Source of the DNA: Gammaproteobacteria bacterium
GTDB taxonomy: Bacteria; Pseudomonadota; Gammaproteobacteria; Eutrophobiales; Eutrophobiaceae
Direction: 5' to 3'
NCBI GenBank assembly: GCA_965222155.1
Contig: CBDCTH010000012.1
Span: forward strand, 1,632,001 to 1,696,000
Length of the DNA: 64,000 nucleotides
In this document: positions 9,848-19,788 of the stretch, one piece after another
Numbering within the stretch: position 1 is the stretch's first letter
Layout of the letters: each line of letters starts with the position of its first letter
Position numbers and translations under genes: made by a program
The notes under the pieces: model-generated
The model's database searches: none
Told to the model about the DNA's origin: nothing
The model's input: only the letters and a program-made list of their open reading frames with translations

Positions 9848-10897
9848 TCATACTTCGCCCACGAGTCCACCCAGTACGGCACTCCACGCCTGCGCCAGGT
9901 TAGACCGATTGTAGCCGCCGCCTCCGAACGCCATGATACGTCCCCGGGCGAACTTATCCGCCAGCCTCACCATGTGTTGCGCCGCATGCGCGTGCACGGC
10001 GGAAGAGTATTCGAGTTGCGCCAGCGGATCACCCTTGAGGCCGTCGGCGCCGCACTGAAAGATGAAGAACTCAGGTTGGAATACTGTGAAATGCGCCTCT
10101 ATCAGCGGCCAGGCTTCCATGAACTCGGCATCGCCCGAAAACGGCGCAAGCTCAATGTTGAGTTTGGTGCCTTCAGCACTGCCCTTGCCGGTTTCGTGCG
10201 CCCGACCCGTGCCGGGATAAAGCGTGCGTCCATCCTGGTGGATATCCGCAAAGATGAGATCGGGGTCCTCTTCGAATGCATAGAACACCCCATCGCCGTG
10301 ATGCACGTCGATATCGAGATAGCCGACGCGCCGGATGCCATACACGCGGCGCAGCGTTTCGATCACCACGCCAAGGTCGTTGAACACGCAGAACCCGGCA
10401 GCATGACCGCGTGCCGCGTGATGGAGACCGCCAATCGGTTGCAGGCTGCGCAGGCAATGCCCATCCATTATTTGTGCGAGCCCATCAAGGGCCGCGCCGA
10501 CCACGTGCGCAGAGGTGCGATACACACCGGGAAAGACCGGGGTATCACCATCATCGAGCAGGCGCACACCGTTCTCCTCAGCTGTCAATACCAGATCAAC
10601 GTATTCGTCGCTATGAAAACGAACCAACTCCTCGCGTAAAGCCTCGCGTGAATTGCGCTTGGTTATACGAACGATCAGACCCCGCTTAACTGCTTCACGC
10701 AGGAACGCGCCCTGGCGGTCGATACCCAGTGGATGATCGTCAGGAAAACCGTAAGCGGCCAGTTCGTCGTCGGTATACAGATTCACGTTCGTATTACCCG
10801 CCCGCACGGACAGGAACGCGTGAGGGTGTGTAACAAGCAGCGCGGTCGCTGCCGATACCTGTATGATCGCGCGCCGGGTACAGTTCATCGTATCCAT
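9848..10897 (-). CDS. Histone deacetylase/AcuC family protein with a probable Tat signal
   Basis: GGLHHA, GFCVFND, DIDVHHGDG, GADGLKGDPL and GGGGY motifs; N-terminal TRRAIIQVSAATALL. Start position uncertain. Confidence 0.85.
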   Translation of the reverse strand: MDTMNCTRRAIIQVSAATALLVTHPHAFLSVRAGNTNVNLYTDDELAAYGFPDDHPLGIDRQGAFLREAVKRGLIVRITKRNSREALREELVRFHSDEYVDLVLTAEENGVRLLDDGDTPVFPGVYRTSAHVVGAALDGLAQIMDGHCLRSLQPIGGLHHAARGHAAGFCVFNDLGVVIETLRRVYGIRRVGYLDIDVHHGDGVFYAFEEDPDLIFADIHQDGRTLYPGTGRAHETGKGSAEGTKLNIELAPFSGDAEFMEAWPLIEAHFTVFQPEFFIFQCGADGLKGDPLAQLEYSSAVHAHAAQHMVRLADKFARGRIMAFGGGGYNRSNLAQAWSAVLGGLVGEV

Positions 10898-10987
10898 CCA
10901 TTTTAACCATTTTGTGCCACGGTATTTATTCAGTCTGACTTCTAAATGGTATTCTGAAAACCGCCTTACCCTATTTGGAGAAATATT

Positions 10988-11068
10988 ATGCACGCAGTAA
11001 TTATCGGCGGCGGCATGGGCGGATTGTTTTCGGCCCTGGCGCTGCGCGAATCAGGATGTTCTGCTTGA
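10988..11068 (+). pseudogene. N-terminal stub of an FAD-dependent monooxygenase
   Basis: GGAG RBS, then MHAVIIGGGMGGLFSALALRESG (Rossmann GxGxxG) and a stop after 26 aa. Confidence 0.65.
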
Positions 11069-11144
11069 GCGGCAGGATAACGACTCCGATCGCTTCAACT
11101 CAGCGCAAAGTACCCTTCAATCAGCTGTCAGAAATAACAAGGCG

Positions 11145-11519
11145 CTAAGCGTGGAGATGAAATACTTTATTCATGATCTTCCATTCACCATCCACCTTTA
11201 GCAATGTAAATAAATCAGTAAATTTATGCCCGGTCCAGTTATCGGTCTCAAGACGAACGGTTGCAATCGTACCGACTATATCAATGTCAGCTATTCTTGC
11301 TTCAAGTTCGGTTGCCGGACCATTCCCGTCATTCCAGTCAAACAGCCCCTGTATTGGTCCGGCAAACAAGTCAGCCCCAATATACCCAAAGATAGTCGCG
11401 TCTGTGTGAAACGCCGGCTTCATATCATCACCCTTCCCGGATTTTGCTCCATCGATATAGAACTGGACAGTCCTTCCAATCATTTCATTGTCACTTGGAT
11501 TTGTAGTTGTGTTGTTCAT
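11145..11519 (-). CDS. NTF2-like (lumazine-binding/SnoaL-like) protein
   Basis: YIDGAKSGKGDDMKPAFH...FTDLFTLLKVDGEWKIMNKVFH. Confidence 0.85.
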   Translation of the reverse strand: MNNTTTNPSDNEMIGRTVQFYIDGAKSGKGDDMKPAFHTDATIFGYIGADLFAGPIQGLFDWNDGNGPATELEARIADIDIVGTIATVRLETDNWTGHKFTDLFTLLKVDGEWKIMNKVFHLHA

Positions 11520-11547
11520 GAATGTAACTCCTGATTTGGTAATAAAG

Positions 11548-13548
11548 TTAATCAACGCCTGTGGTGGTGGTCTGTCGCGCCATCTGCATCCAGAAGGGTC
11601 CTGACTCTTCCCATTTATTGTGTGTCAGTCGAATATGCAGGCCGTCGCTCAAACGATAGGCGTAGATTTCACCGTACATCTGTGGGCCGAATACGACCTC
11701 CTGCACCAGCGGTTCTTCATCGCTCAGGCCGGCCCGCTCCGAGGTGTAAACAATCCATTTGCCATCCGGTGAGAAATTCGGATGGGCGTCGTGTCCGGGG
11801 TCGTCCGTGATGCGAACAAGCTCCCCGGGTGTGCCATCCGGATTGAGTTTCATTATGTAGTTGTCGAAACTTTTGAAGCCCAGCGGATCAGGTTTACTGT
11901 CGCGGTCGGAAGAGAAGACAACGGCAGCGCCGGATCGCGAGAAAACCGGGAAGTTGTCTTTCGCTGCGTCATCGGTCAGTTGTATCAGGTTTCCACCGTC
12001 GGCATCCATCAGATACAGATCGAAGTTACCCGTTCGGGCGCTTCGGAACACGATTCTTTTTGCGTCGGGGGAGAACGCCGGCATTCCGTTATTGGTATCT
12101 GAACCTGCCGTCAAGTTTACCCGCCCGCTGCCGTCGCTGCGGATTTTCCATACATCCGCTTTTTTAGTCTGGTCGCCGAAAAACCAGCCTTGTGTGTAGG
12201 TGATCCAGTCGGCGTCAGCAGACCATTTCAGCCCAAAGATGCGGTCCAGTGTGCCACTGACGATCCCGATCCCGTTCACCGCGAACAATTCGTTCTGATT
12301 TTCACCGTCATAATCCTCGATGACGAAGCGCGTGCCGGTATTGTTTTCAATAGTGACGGCGAGTTTGCGTTCGTTAGGATGCGCAGCGAGCCCGCTCGTG
12401 TGCCGCATGGTATACATGGTGACGGTTTTATCCAGAAACCCGATCTTGGCCGGATAGTCCGTCGCCAGTATGCCGCCGGGTCCGAGGATGTCCTGAACGG
12501 CAACCTTGTCCGTGGTCAGCGGCCCAACGCCATGGCACACCATTGCGCCGCTGGCGTGGTGATAGTCCGGGTTCCAATACTCGCCGGCTGCATCACTTTC
12601 CAGCCGTGGATCGGTACCGTCCAATCGGGTCGATTGCAGATACCAGCCGATGAACGAGCGCCGGGTCTGATAGGCGATCCGTCCATCATGGGTTAATGCA
12701 GGGGCCAGCGCTTCGACTCCCACGGCAGTGATTGCCCTGGGATGCGAACCGTCGCTGTCCATCGCCCAGATACGGAATCCACCTTCTTGTCCAAGGATGT
12801 GGCTTTTTGGCGGACCGGGGAGTTCGCGTGGCCTGCCCGAGTAGTAGTAAATTGTTTCTCCGTCCAGAGACCATTCCGGCGCTCCGTCCCAGCTGCGGGC
12901 ATCGGTGAGACGCTTCGTGTTCGTTCCGTCAGCATCCATGACATAGACCTCACCTTCCCGCTGCCGCATAAAGCTCAGCGCCGGATGTCCATAGACCTCG
13001 GTGTCACGATCCGTTGAGAAAGCGATACGTTGGCCGTCGGGGGAGAATGCAGGCCGGAAATCACCTCCCGGGTGTCGGGTCAGGTTGACCGCATTGTCCA
13101 TACCTTGAGTTATTTCCGGTTCGAAGGGCATTGTGTAAATGTCTGCGTTGCCGCTCTCGGTACTGACAAACGCGAGCATCTTGCCATTCGGAGAGATGGC
13201 AGCCTGGTCCTCCATGGCATTGTTATCGATCAATAACCTTGGCGCAGGATCGCTTTTGAGATCGATGATGTAAAGATCCGGGTGGCCGCGGCGCTCGGAA
13301 GTGAACACCACCCACCTGCCGTCTGGGGAAAAGGCAGCTTCATAGTCGAGGCCTGGGTGGTCGGTAAGTCGTTTCGGGCTTGTGCCGGGTTGATTAAAAT
13401 AGAATATATCCCAGTTGCCCGGACGTAGCGAGGAGAAAACGATCTGGCCGGGGTCGGTTGCCATATCGGCGGCCGACGCATCGCTGAGCACCCCTATTCC
13501 CAAGCCCATTGATATCAGGACGGCAAAGATCCGGTTTTTGATTTTCAT
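11548..13548 (-). CDS. Secreted TolB-like beta-propeller protein (PD40 repeats)
   Basis: Signal peptide and repeated PAFSPDG..I.F.S.R.G...IY motifs. Start chosen at MKIKNR. Confidence 0.85.
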   Translation of the reverse strand: MKIKNRIFAVLISMGLGIGVLSDASAADMATDPGQIVFSSLRPGNWDIFYFNQPGTSPKRLTDHPGLDYEAAFSPDGRWVVFTSERRGHPDLYIIDLKSDPAPRLLIDNNAMEDQAAISPNGKMLAFVSTESGNADIYTMPFEPEITQGMDNAVNLTRHPGGDFRPAFSPDGQRIAFSTDRDTEVYGHPALSFMRQREGEVYVMDADGTNTKRLTDARSWDGAPEWSLDGETIYYYSGRPRELPGPPKSHILGQEGGFRIWAMDSDGSHPRAITAVGVEALAPALTHDGRIAYQTRRSFIGWYLQSTRLDGTDPRLESDAAGEYWNPDYHHASGAMVCHGVGPLTTDKVAVQDILGPGGILATDYPAKIGFLDKTVTMYTMRHTSGLAAHPNERKLAVTIENNTGTRFVIEDYDGENQNELFAVNGIGIVSGTLDRIFGLKWSADADWITYTQGWFFGDQTKKADVWKIRSDGSGRVNLTAGSDTNNGMPAFSPDAKRIVFRSARTGNFDLYLMDADGGNLIQLTDDAAKDNFPVFSRSGAAVVFSSDRDSKPDPLGFKSFDNYIMKLNPDGTPGELVRITDDPGHDAHPNFSPDGKWIVYTSERAGLSDEEPLVQEVVFGPQMYGEIYAYRLSDGLHIRLTHNKWEESGPFWMQMARQTTTTGVD

Positions 13549-13676
13549 AACTGTCTCGATGGAACCCGCGACGTTACCTGCATGCAATATAACAGGTTGT
13601 ATGTATAATACCATTCATCTCTCCCAAAAGACGCCCCGACTGAGGGGGGCAACTTCATTAACAACAGGAGGACATC

Positions 13677-14078
13677 ATGAAAAAACATTTTTGTTCAGCA
13701 CTGTTCACAGCGTTACTAGTCAGTTTCGCCATGCTACCATTCCCTGCCCTGAGCACGGAAGTAGCTGTGCTGTTTAAACAGGAATTGCCGGATATACCGG
13801 GCAAGACCGGTCTGATGCTGACCGTGGAATATGAACCGGGGGAATCATCCGCCGCGCATCGCCACAATTCCCATACGTTCGTCTATGTGCTGGAAGGCGC
13901 TGTCGTAATGCAGGTGCAAGGGGGTGAAGAAAAAACCCTGACGGCAGGACAAACCTTTTACGAAAACCCGAACGATATCCACAGTGTATCAAAAAACGCC
14001 AGTGCTACGGAACCGGTAAAAATCCTGGTATTCTTTATCAAGGAAAGCGGCGCCCCGGCCAGCATGCCGGTCGAGTAG
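13677..14078 (+). CDS. Secreted cupin-domain protein
   Basis: AHRHNSHTFVYVLEG...GQTFYENPNDIH; signal peptide; GGAGG RBS. Confidence 0.9.
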   Translation: MKKHFCSALFTALLVSFAMLPFPALSTEVAVLFKQELPDIPGKTGLMLTVEYEPGESSAAHRHNSHTFVYVLEGAVVMQVQGGEEKTLTAGQTFYENPNDIHSVSKNASATEPVKILVFFIKESGAPASMPVE

Positions 14079-14198
14079 CGGGGGAACCTACAACAAACGG
14101 TCTGTCATCCCAGCTAACGGCACAGGTTGACCACGAAAAATATTTTTCACATAAATGGCCCGCCCCGTTTTGCCAGAACTATTTCGACTTGGCAGGAG

Positions 14199-15422
14199 TC
14201 ATGCTATTAAAGCAAAATGCGCGGGGGGGTTACGCGAGATCATTTGACAAACCATGAATATGAATACCCCTGCCAGCGTAGATGCAATCGCAAACAGTAT
14301 CAGCGAACCATCATAATCGCCCCTGCTTGTCACCAGATATCCGCCCAGGTAGGTCGCCAGGATAGCCCCCGCGTAGCCCAGGGTAAAAACAATACCTATT
14401 GCTTTCCCGGCACTATGCTTCGGCACAATAATTGATGCCATACTCGTAACGGTCACAATCGCTTGTGTTTGCCCCCATGTTAATATGCTGATGACCAGTG
14501 CTGTTTCCCACGGGGATAACTGCACCATGATTAGCACCAGAATCCCGATGCTTGCGACAACTCCGCCTGATAACGTAAGCCAGAGAATTCTCACCATATT
14601 CGTAGCGAAATATCCCGTCACTATAGCTGCCGGTATCATGACTAATCCAAGCATCATGGAAGACAAGCCCACTTCCGATGGAGAAAACTGATATACATCA
14701 GTCAGGTATGGAGGGATCCAGGTAGTCACCCCATAGACTTCGATAAACAGGCTGCCCATTGAAACTGCTATCAGTATCAGCATAGGATTGGATAACAGTT
14801 TCCCGAATGAATAAGGCGCCTCAGAATCCGGCAGGATCGCATTGCCGATTGGTTGTAAAGCCTGTTCCTCTTTTATCAACAGCAGGGAGTATAAAAAAAG
14901 CATGCCGCATGCCAGGGACGTGAAGAGAAAATTAACACGCCAGCCAATCTTGTCTGAAATAATCGGTGTTACCAGTAATGCGATAGTGATCCCAATGCCG
15001 ATAGTTGCATTAATCAGCCCCATACCAAATCCTACTTTTTCGGGAGGTAACGTTTTCGAAACTGCATCCGTCCCGGCAACAAAAATGATTGCGAGCAATA
15101 CCGAACCCAAAAATCTCCATAACAGCAGTAATTTGAAACTCTCGCCTATTGTTCCCAGAATGCCAAAAATACAAATCCCCAGAAGGCTCACTGACATAAT
15201 GGGTACAGCCCCCCATTTATCCGAAATATACCCTGCAGGAGAACTGGCCAGGCATTTCATTACAGCATAAACAGACATAAAAAGGCCGGCTTGCGCGTAG
15301 TTGATGTGAAGATCTGATACCAGCGTCGGTATTACGGGGGGGATTTCAAAAACCTTGATAAAGGAAATCAGTATCGACAGGATAACCAGCCGGATTACCT
15401 TGTTTTTCGAGGCCGATGGCAT
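14199..15422 (-). CDS. MFS transporter
   Basis: 407 aa, about 12 TM helices, GYISDKWG motif A. Confidence 0.9.
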   Translation of the reverse strand: MPSASKNKVIRLVILSILISFIKVFEIPPVIPTLVSDLHINYAQAGLFMSVYAVMKCLASSPAGYISDKWGAVPIMSVSLLGICIFGILGTIGESFKLLLLWRFLGSVLLAIIFVAGTDAVSKTLPPEKVGFGMGLINATIGIGITIALLVTPIISDKIGWRVNFLFTSLACGMLFLYSLLLIKEEQALQPIGNAILPDSEAPYSFGKLLSNPMLILIAVSMGSLFIEVYGVTTWIPPYLTDVYQFSPSEVGLSSMMLGLVMIPAAIVTGYFATNMVRILWLTLSGGVVASIGILVLIMVQLSPWETALVISILTWGQTQAIVTVTSMASIIVPKHSAGKAIGIVFTLGYAGAILATYLGGYLVTSRGDYDGSLILFAIASTLAGVFIFMVCQMISRNPPAHFALIA

Positions 15423-15492
15423 AGTTTCTACTCAAACAGGATATCGACCCTGCGCGGGTTCATTTTCTCATCCTTCCCTTGCATCTGGTTAA

Positions 15493-16257
15493 TCAGGATT
15501 TATCATGTGAGTCTCGCCCCTTAAAAGGCACAAACTGCGCCCCCCCATAGGTCTGCTCCGTGGGCACTATCTCCATCTGACTCACATTCACCCGCCAGGG
15601 CGCGTTCACGCAGTACAGGATTGCATCCGCGATGTCGGCTGCTACCAAATCTTCGCAGTGAGTTTCGGTGATTTTTCGCAGTTGTTCGTCATCGTCGACC
15701 GCCACATTGTAAAACTCGCTGAGCACCCTCCCCGGATTGATCTCGGTGACACGTATTCCGGTGCCTTGCAGTTCCTGGCGCAGGTCCCGGGAAAGCTTAT
15801 GAATCGCCCCCTTGGTCGAGCCATAAAGTGCGGCAGGCAGTGGATATAGTGCAGTAACCGAACTCATGTTCACGATATGCCCCCGGCCCCGTTCAATCAT
15901 ACCGGGTAAGACCGCCTTGATCATCAGGATAGCGGCGGTGACATTGGTGTCGACAGTCATCTCGATATCCTTGATCTCCGCATTCCAGATCGACCCCAGG
16001 GCGCGGCCTAACCCCGCATTGTTGACCAGGATGTCTACCGGGTATTGCTCGCCAAAGGCCATGACCGCAGTGCGATCGCGCACGTCCAGTTCGATGGCAA
16101 TGCTTCCGATCTCTTGGGCCAGTTGTTCAAGACGCTCCAGGCGCCGTGCAGCCGCGTATACCTTCACGCCCCTGGAGCGCAATGCGCGAGCAGTGGCCTC
16201 GCCGATACCGCTTGAGGCGCCGGTCACCAATGCCGTTGTGTTTTCATCAAGTGCCAT
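15493..16257 (-). CDS. SDR family oxidoreductase (YdfG-like)
   Basis: TGASSGIG, NNAG and YGSTK motifs. Confidence 0.9.
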   Translation of the reverse strand: MALDENTTALVTGASSGIGEATARALRSRGVKVYAAARRLERLEQLAQEIGSIAIELDVRDRTAVMAFGEQYPVDILVNNAGLGRALGSIWNAEIKDIEMTVDTNVTAAILMIKAVLPGMIERGRGHIVNMSSVTALYPLPAALYGSTKGAIHKLSRDLRQELQGTGIRVTEINPGRVLSEFYNVAVDDDEQLRKITETHCEDLVAADIADAILYCVNAPWRVNVSQMEIVPTEQTYGGAQFVPFKGRDSHDKS

Positions 16258-16364
16258 CGTATGCCCTATTTTAATATTGCCTGTTATGTGTCTCATAAAG
16301 CAAGGAGCATGTAAATAATACAAATATTTCTAAGCTTAGAACTATTAGTTATAATGCTTCACAT

Positions 16365-17085
16365 GTGAATCAATCCTACCAAACTCAGTCGACATTCCCT
16401 GGAAACCCGGATCAAGTCAAGACTTCAACCTGTTATATGTGTGCTTGCCGATGCGGCATCCGGGTTTATCTAAAGGGTGGAACGGTCCGTTATATAGAAG
16501 GCAATCCCGACCACCCGGTAAACAAAGGGGCGCTGTGCGCAAAAGGCGCGGCCGGCATTATGCAACACTACTCCCCTGCTCGATTAACCAACCCTCTGTT
16601 GAGAGTGGGTGAACGCGGTACTGGTGAATTCAAGGAAATCAGCTGGGATGAGGCCTTGACTATTGCCACTGGCTGATTGTCAAACATCCGCTCAACTGAT
16701 CCCAGGCAACTGGCGTTTTTTACCGGCCGTGATCAAAGTCAATCCCTGAACGGATTGCTGCAGAACTGGCCGAGGCTGCATTTGAACAACAGATAGAACT
16801 GGACATCCCCTGGACAGACTGGACTGGTCGCAAGCACAACAAAATGATCGGCAGACCGGTTTCCATGCATGCAATGCGTGGTATTTCTACCCACTCAAAC
16901 GGCTTTCATACCTGCCATGCACTGCACAATCTGCAGATTTTGCCGGGTTCGATAGATGTGCCCGGTGGTTTTCGTTATAAAGCGCCCTTTCCCAAACACA
17001 TTCCAGCGCCCGATATACCGGCTAATGATCCGGACAAACCGAATACGCCGTTAGGCGGGATGCCCCTTGGTTTTCCAACCACACT
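16365..17085 (+). pseudogene. soeA: Degraded sulfite dehydrogenase molybdo-subunit SoeA
   Basis: TCYMCACRCGI...CAKGAAGIMQHYSPARL, an in-frame TGA at 16674, then LAFFTGRDQSQ. It jumps to PWTDW...GRPVSMHAMRGISTHSNGFHTC and is truncated at PLGFP. Confidence 0.75.
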
Positions 17086-17095
17086 GACAACAGTC

Positions 17096-18709
17096 TCACT
17101 TGTTTCTGAACCCGGAGGCAGGCGCAACCGGAGTGGCCTGTCTGAGCTTATGCATCACTTTAAAAAAGCCATAGCGGCCGTTGACAACGGCAGCGGCAGC
17201 GACCCCGCCCATTAATGCGCCGACAATGCCCAGAGAGCAGATGTCCGACCCGCTGAGGTACAAATTGGCCACCGGTGTTTCAGGTGTCAGCCAATCCAAC
17301 CGATAACGCGCCGGCACAGCCGGCAGACCGTACATCATGCCCTGTTCCCTGCTGGTGAAGTTTTGCATAGTCAACGGCGTCGACAACTCCTGGCAGGCAA
17401 TCAATTGACAAAACCCCGGATAATGGCTTTCGACCAGCTGCAACATGCCATCGGCAATAGTCTGCTTCAACCCCTCATAAGCTTCCCCCCGCTTCTTCCA
17501 GGATTTATCCTGCCATTGCGTAAAATGGTCATAATCCACGAAGCAGATAATTTCAGCCGTCGCGCCCTTCGCAGTCGGGTTTTTCAGTGAGGGAAACGAG
17601 AGATAACAGACCCGGCAGCGCCCTTCCAGGAGCGCCTCGGTATCATTGAGCAAACCATCGTGATCGTAACTTGTAAAAATCCAGTGATTTTCTCCCTTGA
17701 AACCCAACGTGCGCGGGTCGCCCCGAAACCCGATATACAGGGTCGCGGCGCTACAGGCGCGCTCGAAACGCTGCAACTCCTGCATGAATGGGAGGGTGAC
17801 GGATTTCGGCAACAGCTTTTTATACGTCAGGTCGGCGCCGACGTTGGAAATCACGACGGGGGCGTAGAACCTTAGCGCCTGTCGCTTTGTCCCTTTGATT
17901 TTTTCCACCTCCACACCCACTGCCTGGTTGTCGCGCACAAGAATCCTGAGCACCTCATGGTTGACCAGACAACGCCCGCCCCAGGCTTCAATAGCAGGCA
18001 GGATGGCACGCGCCATGCGTTTACCACCACCCGTTGGAAACCAGGCGCCGTTCAGATAATGACGGACGATCAACGCATGGATGGCGAACGCGCTGTGTGC
18101 CGGCGTCAGACCGTAATCACCCCACTGTGAAGCCAGGAGCGCTTTTAATTTCGGATCGGTAAAATACCTGTCCAGGACCGTTCTGGTTGTCGACAAGGCC
18201 AGTTGTTCGCCTGACAGGTTGCGCAATCGTATAAAAGGTTGTAACCAGGATGGTACAAGGGGCTTCAGGTAATGTCTCTGCGACCATGCCGCCGCACGAT
18301 GAATTGCCTTGAAATAGGCATGAATATGTGCTTCCTCGTCCGGGAACCGCCGCGCCAGGGCCGCCTTATAGGCCGCTTCACTGTCCGATACCTCAAAGGC
18401 AAAATCAGGGTAGATGAAACGCTCGAATACCTCGGGCATTTTTGTCCAGCCAAGTCGGCCATCAGAGATAAAGTCGAACACCTGCCTTGGCAGATCGCCG
18501 GGCTGCATCTCGCCCACATAGTGCAACCCGACGTCAAAGTGATAATCACCCCGCCTGAATTCATGGGTCAGCCCGCCCATCGTCCAGTGCTTTTCCAGGA
18601 TCAGCACCTTTTTATGGTTGATCTTTGCCAGCAGGGCGGCGCTCGCCAGCCCGCCGATGCCGGAGCCAATAACGATGACGTCGTAGGTATGCTCAGATTG
18701 CAGCGCCAT
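17096..18709 (-). CDS. Phytoene desaturase/retinol saturase-like FAD oxidoreductase
   Basis: VIGSGIGG, FDVGLHYVG, STPLT and NLYLSGSD motifs. Confidence 0.85.
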   Translation of the reverse strand: MALQSEHTYDVIVIGSGIGGLASAALLAKINHKKVLILEKHWTMGGLTHEFRRGDYHFDVGLHYVGEMQPGDLPRQVFDFISDGRLGWTKMPEVFERFIYPDFAFEVSDSEAAYKAALARRFPDEEAHIHAYFKAIHRAAAWSQRHYLKPLVPSWLQPFIRLRNLSGEQLALSTTRTVLDRYFTDPKLKALLASQWGDYGLTPAHSAFAIHALIVRHYLNGAWFPTGGGKRMARAILPAIEAWGGRCLVNHEVLRILVRDNQAVGVEVEKIKGTKRQALRFYAPVVISNVGADLTYKKLLPKSVTLPFMQELQRFERACSAATLYIGFRGDPRTLGFKGENHWIFTSYDHDGLLNDTEALLEGRCRVCYLSFPSLKNPTAKGATAEIICFVDYDHFTQWQDKSWKKRGEAYEGLKQTIADGMLQLVESHYPGFCQLIACQELSTPLTMQNFTSREQGMMYGLPAVPARYRLDWLTPETPVANLYLSGSDICSLGIVGALMGGVAAAAVVNGRYGFFKVMHKLRQATPVAPASGFRNK

Positions 18710-18715
18710 TTCAGC

Positions 18716-19213
18716 TCAGCCGACCGGTTTATAGACCATCCAATAGATCGCGATGACGGGCAGGAGAATCGCGAGCATACCGAAGATGTTCCAGATCAGG
18801 CTCAAACGCCAGTATTGTGCCGGGATGGCACAGCCATCGGTAAAATCCCTCGCCAGCCGGGCCTGTTTTATCTGCACCGGCACCAGGATGCTGATCCAGA
18901 TAATCCCGGATGCGATAATCAGCAACCGACCATTCATTATCCAGGTAATACCCGACGAATTTTCCATAAAAGTCTGCGCCAGGTATTCCCCGGATGCGAC
19001 CAACAGGCCGACTCCTAAGGCAGTGAAAACATAATCTGTCAAGGTCACCTGGCGCTGGGCGAACGTGATGATCTTCACATCACGGGTTCGGTTGGCCATG
19101 TTCTTCCACCACGCAGTGACGATAATGTTACCGAGAAACAGAATAACGCCTAGAATGTGCAGGGTTTTAAATAGTAGATAGGGATCGTTCATAGTTAACG
19201 GGGCCTCCTTCAA
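18716..19213 (-). CDS. DUF2269-like integral membrane protein
   Basis: KTLHILGVILFLGN...QVTLTDYVFT...WMVYKP. Confidence 0.75.
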   Translation of the reverse strand: MKEAPLTMNDPYLLFKTLHILGVILFLGNIIVTAWWKNMANRTRDVKIITFAQRQVTLTDYVFTALGVGLLVASGEYLAQTFMENSSGITWIMNGRLLIIASGIIWISILVPVQIKQARLARDFTDGCAIPAQYWRLSLIWNIFGMLAILLPVIAIYWMVYKPVG

Positions 19214-19222
19214 GTGTGGGTC

Positions 19223-19687
19223 TTACCAGCCTTTTAAATGGATGGTGACGGTTTTTTCAGGTGCATTGAACTCAAACAGCGCATCCCGGTAACTTGCCGG
19301 GCCGAAGAAGGTCCGGGGGTTATTTGAAAAACCATAGTCCTCGCTCGGAATACCGATAAAGTTTTTATCCAGTTCCCCATTGTTATTTTCATCGTGGTAG
19401 AGCTTGATCGCGTAGTCCCCATAGGGCAGTCGTTCAAACACATAATCAGCCTGTCCGTCATGCACCTCGGCAGTCACGGACTGATAGGCCTGTTCACGCC
19501 CTGCTTCCCCCTGTCCTTGATCCGCGTCATAGGTCTCTTCAGAAGTAAACAGACCTATCATCAAGATGCCGTTGTCCGCATCAACGTCCTCAACATGTAC
19601 TGTCAGAGCGCCACTCGACGTTTCAGCTATAGTCGAACAAATAAAACCGAGCGCCAGCCAGAGAAAAAATAATATTTTATGAATCAT
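19223..19687 (-). CDS. DUF2141 family secreted protein
   Basis: GDYAIKLYHDENNNGELDKNFIGIPSEDYGFSNNP. Confidence 0.85.
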   Translation of the reverse strand: MIHKILFFLWLALGFICSTIAETSSGALTVHVEDVDADNGILMIGLFTSEETYDADQGQGEAGREQAYQSVTAEVHDGQADYVFERLPYGDYAIKLYHDENNNGELDKNFIGIPSEDYGFSNNPRTFFGPASYRDALFEFNAPEKTVTIHLKGW

Positions 19688-19788
19688 GAAGTTGTCCTCC
19701 TTTTTATAATGTATATGAATATATTTGCATATGCCTCAAAGGAAGTATAGAATCGTATTCTGGCTGAGTCAAGCGCGGAGGTACATCC

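Noticed and set aside
16674-16676. TGA in soeA as selenocysteine or Trp recoding
   Set aside because: It falls at an expected Trp, the gene has further deletions, and other genes use TGA as stop and TGG for Trp.
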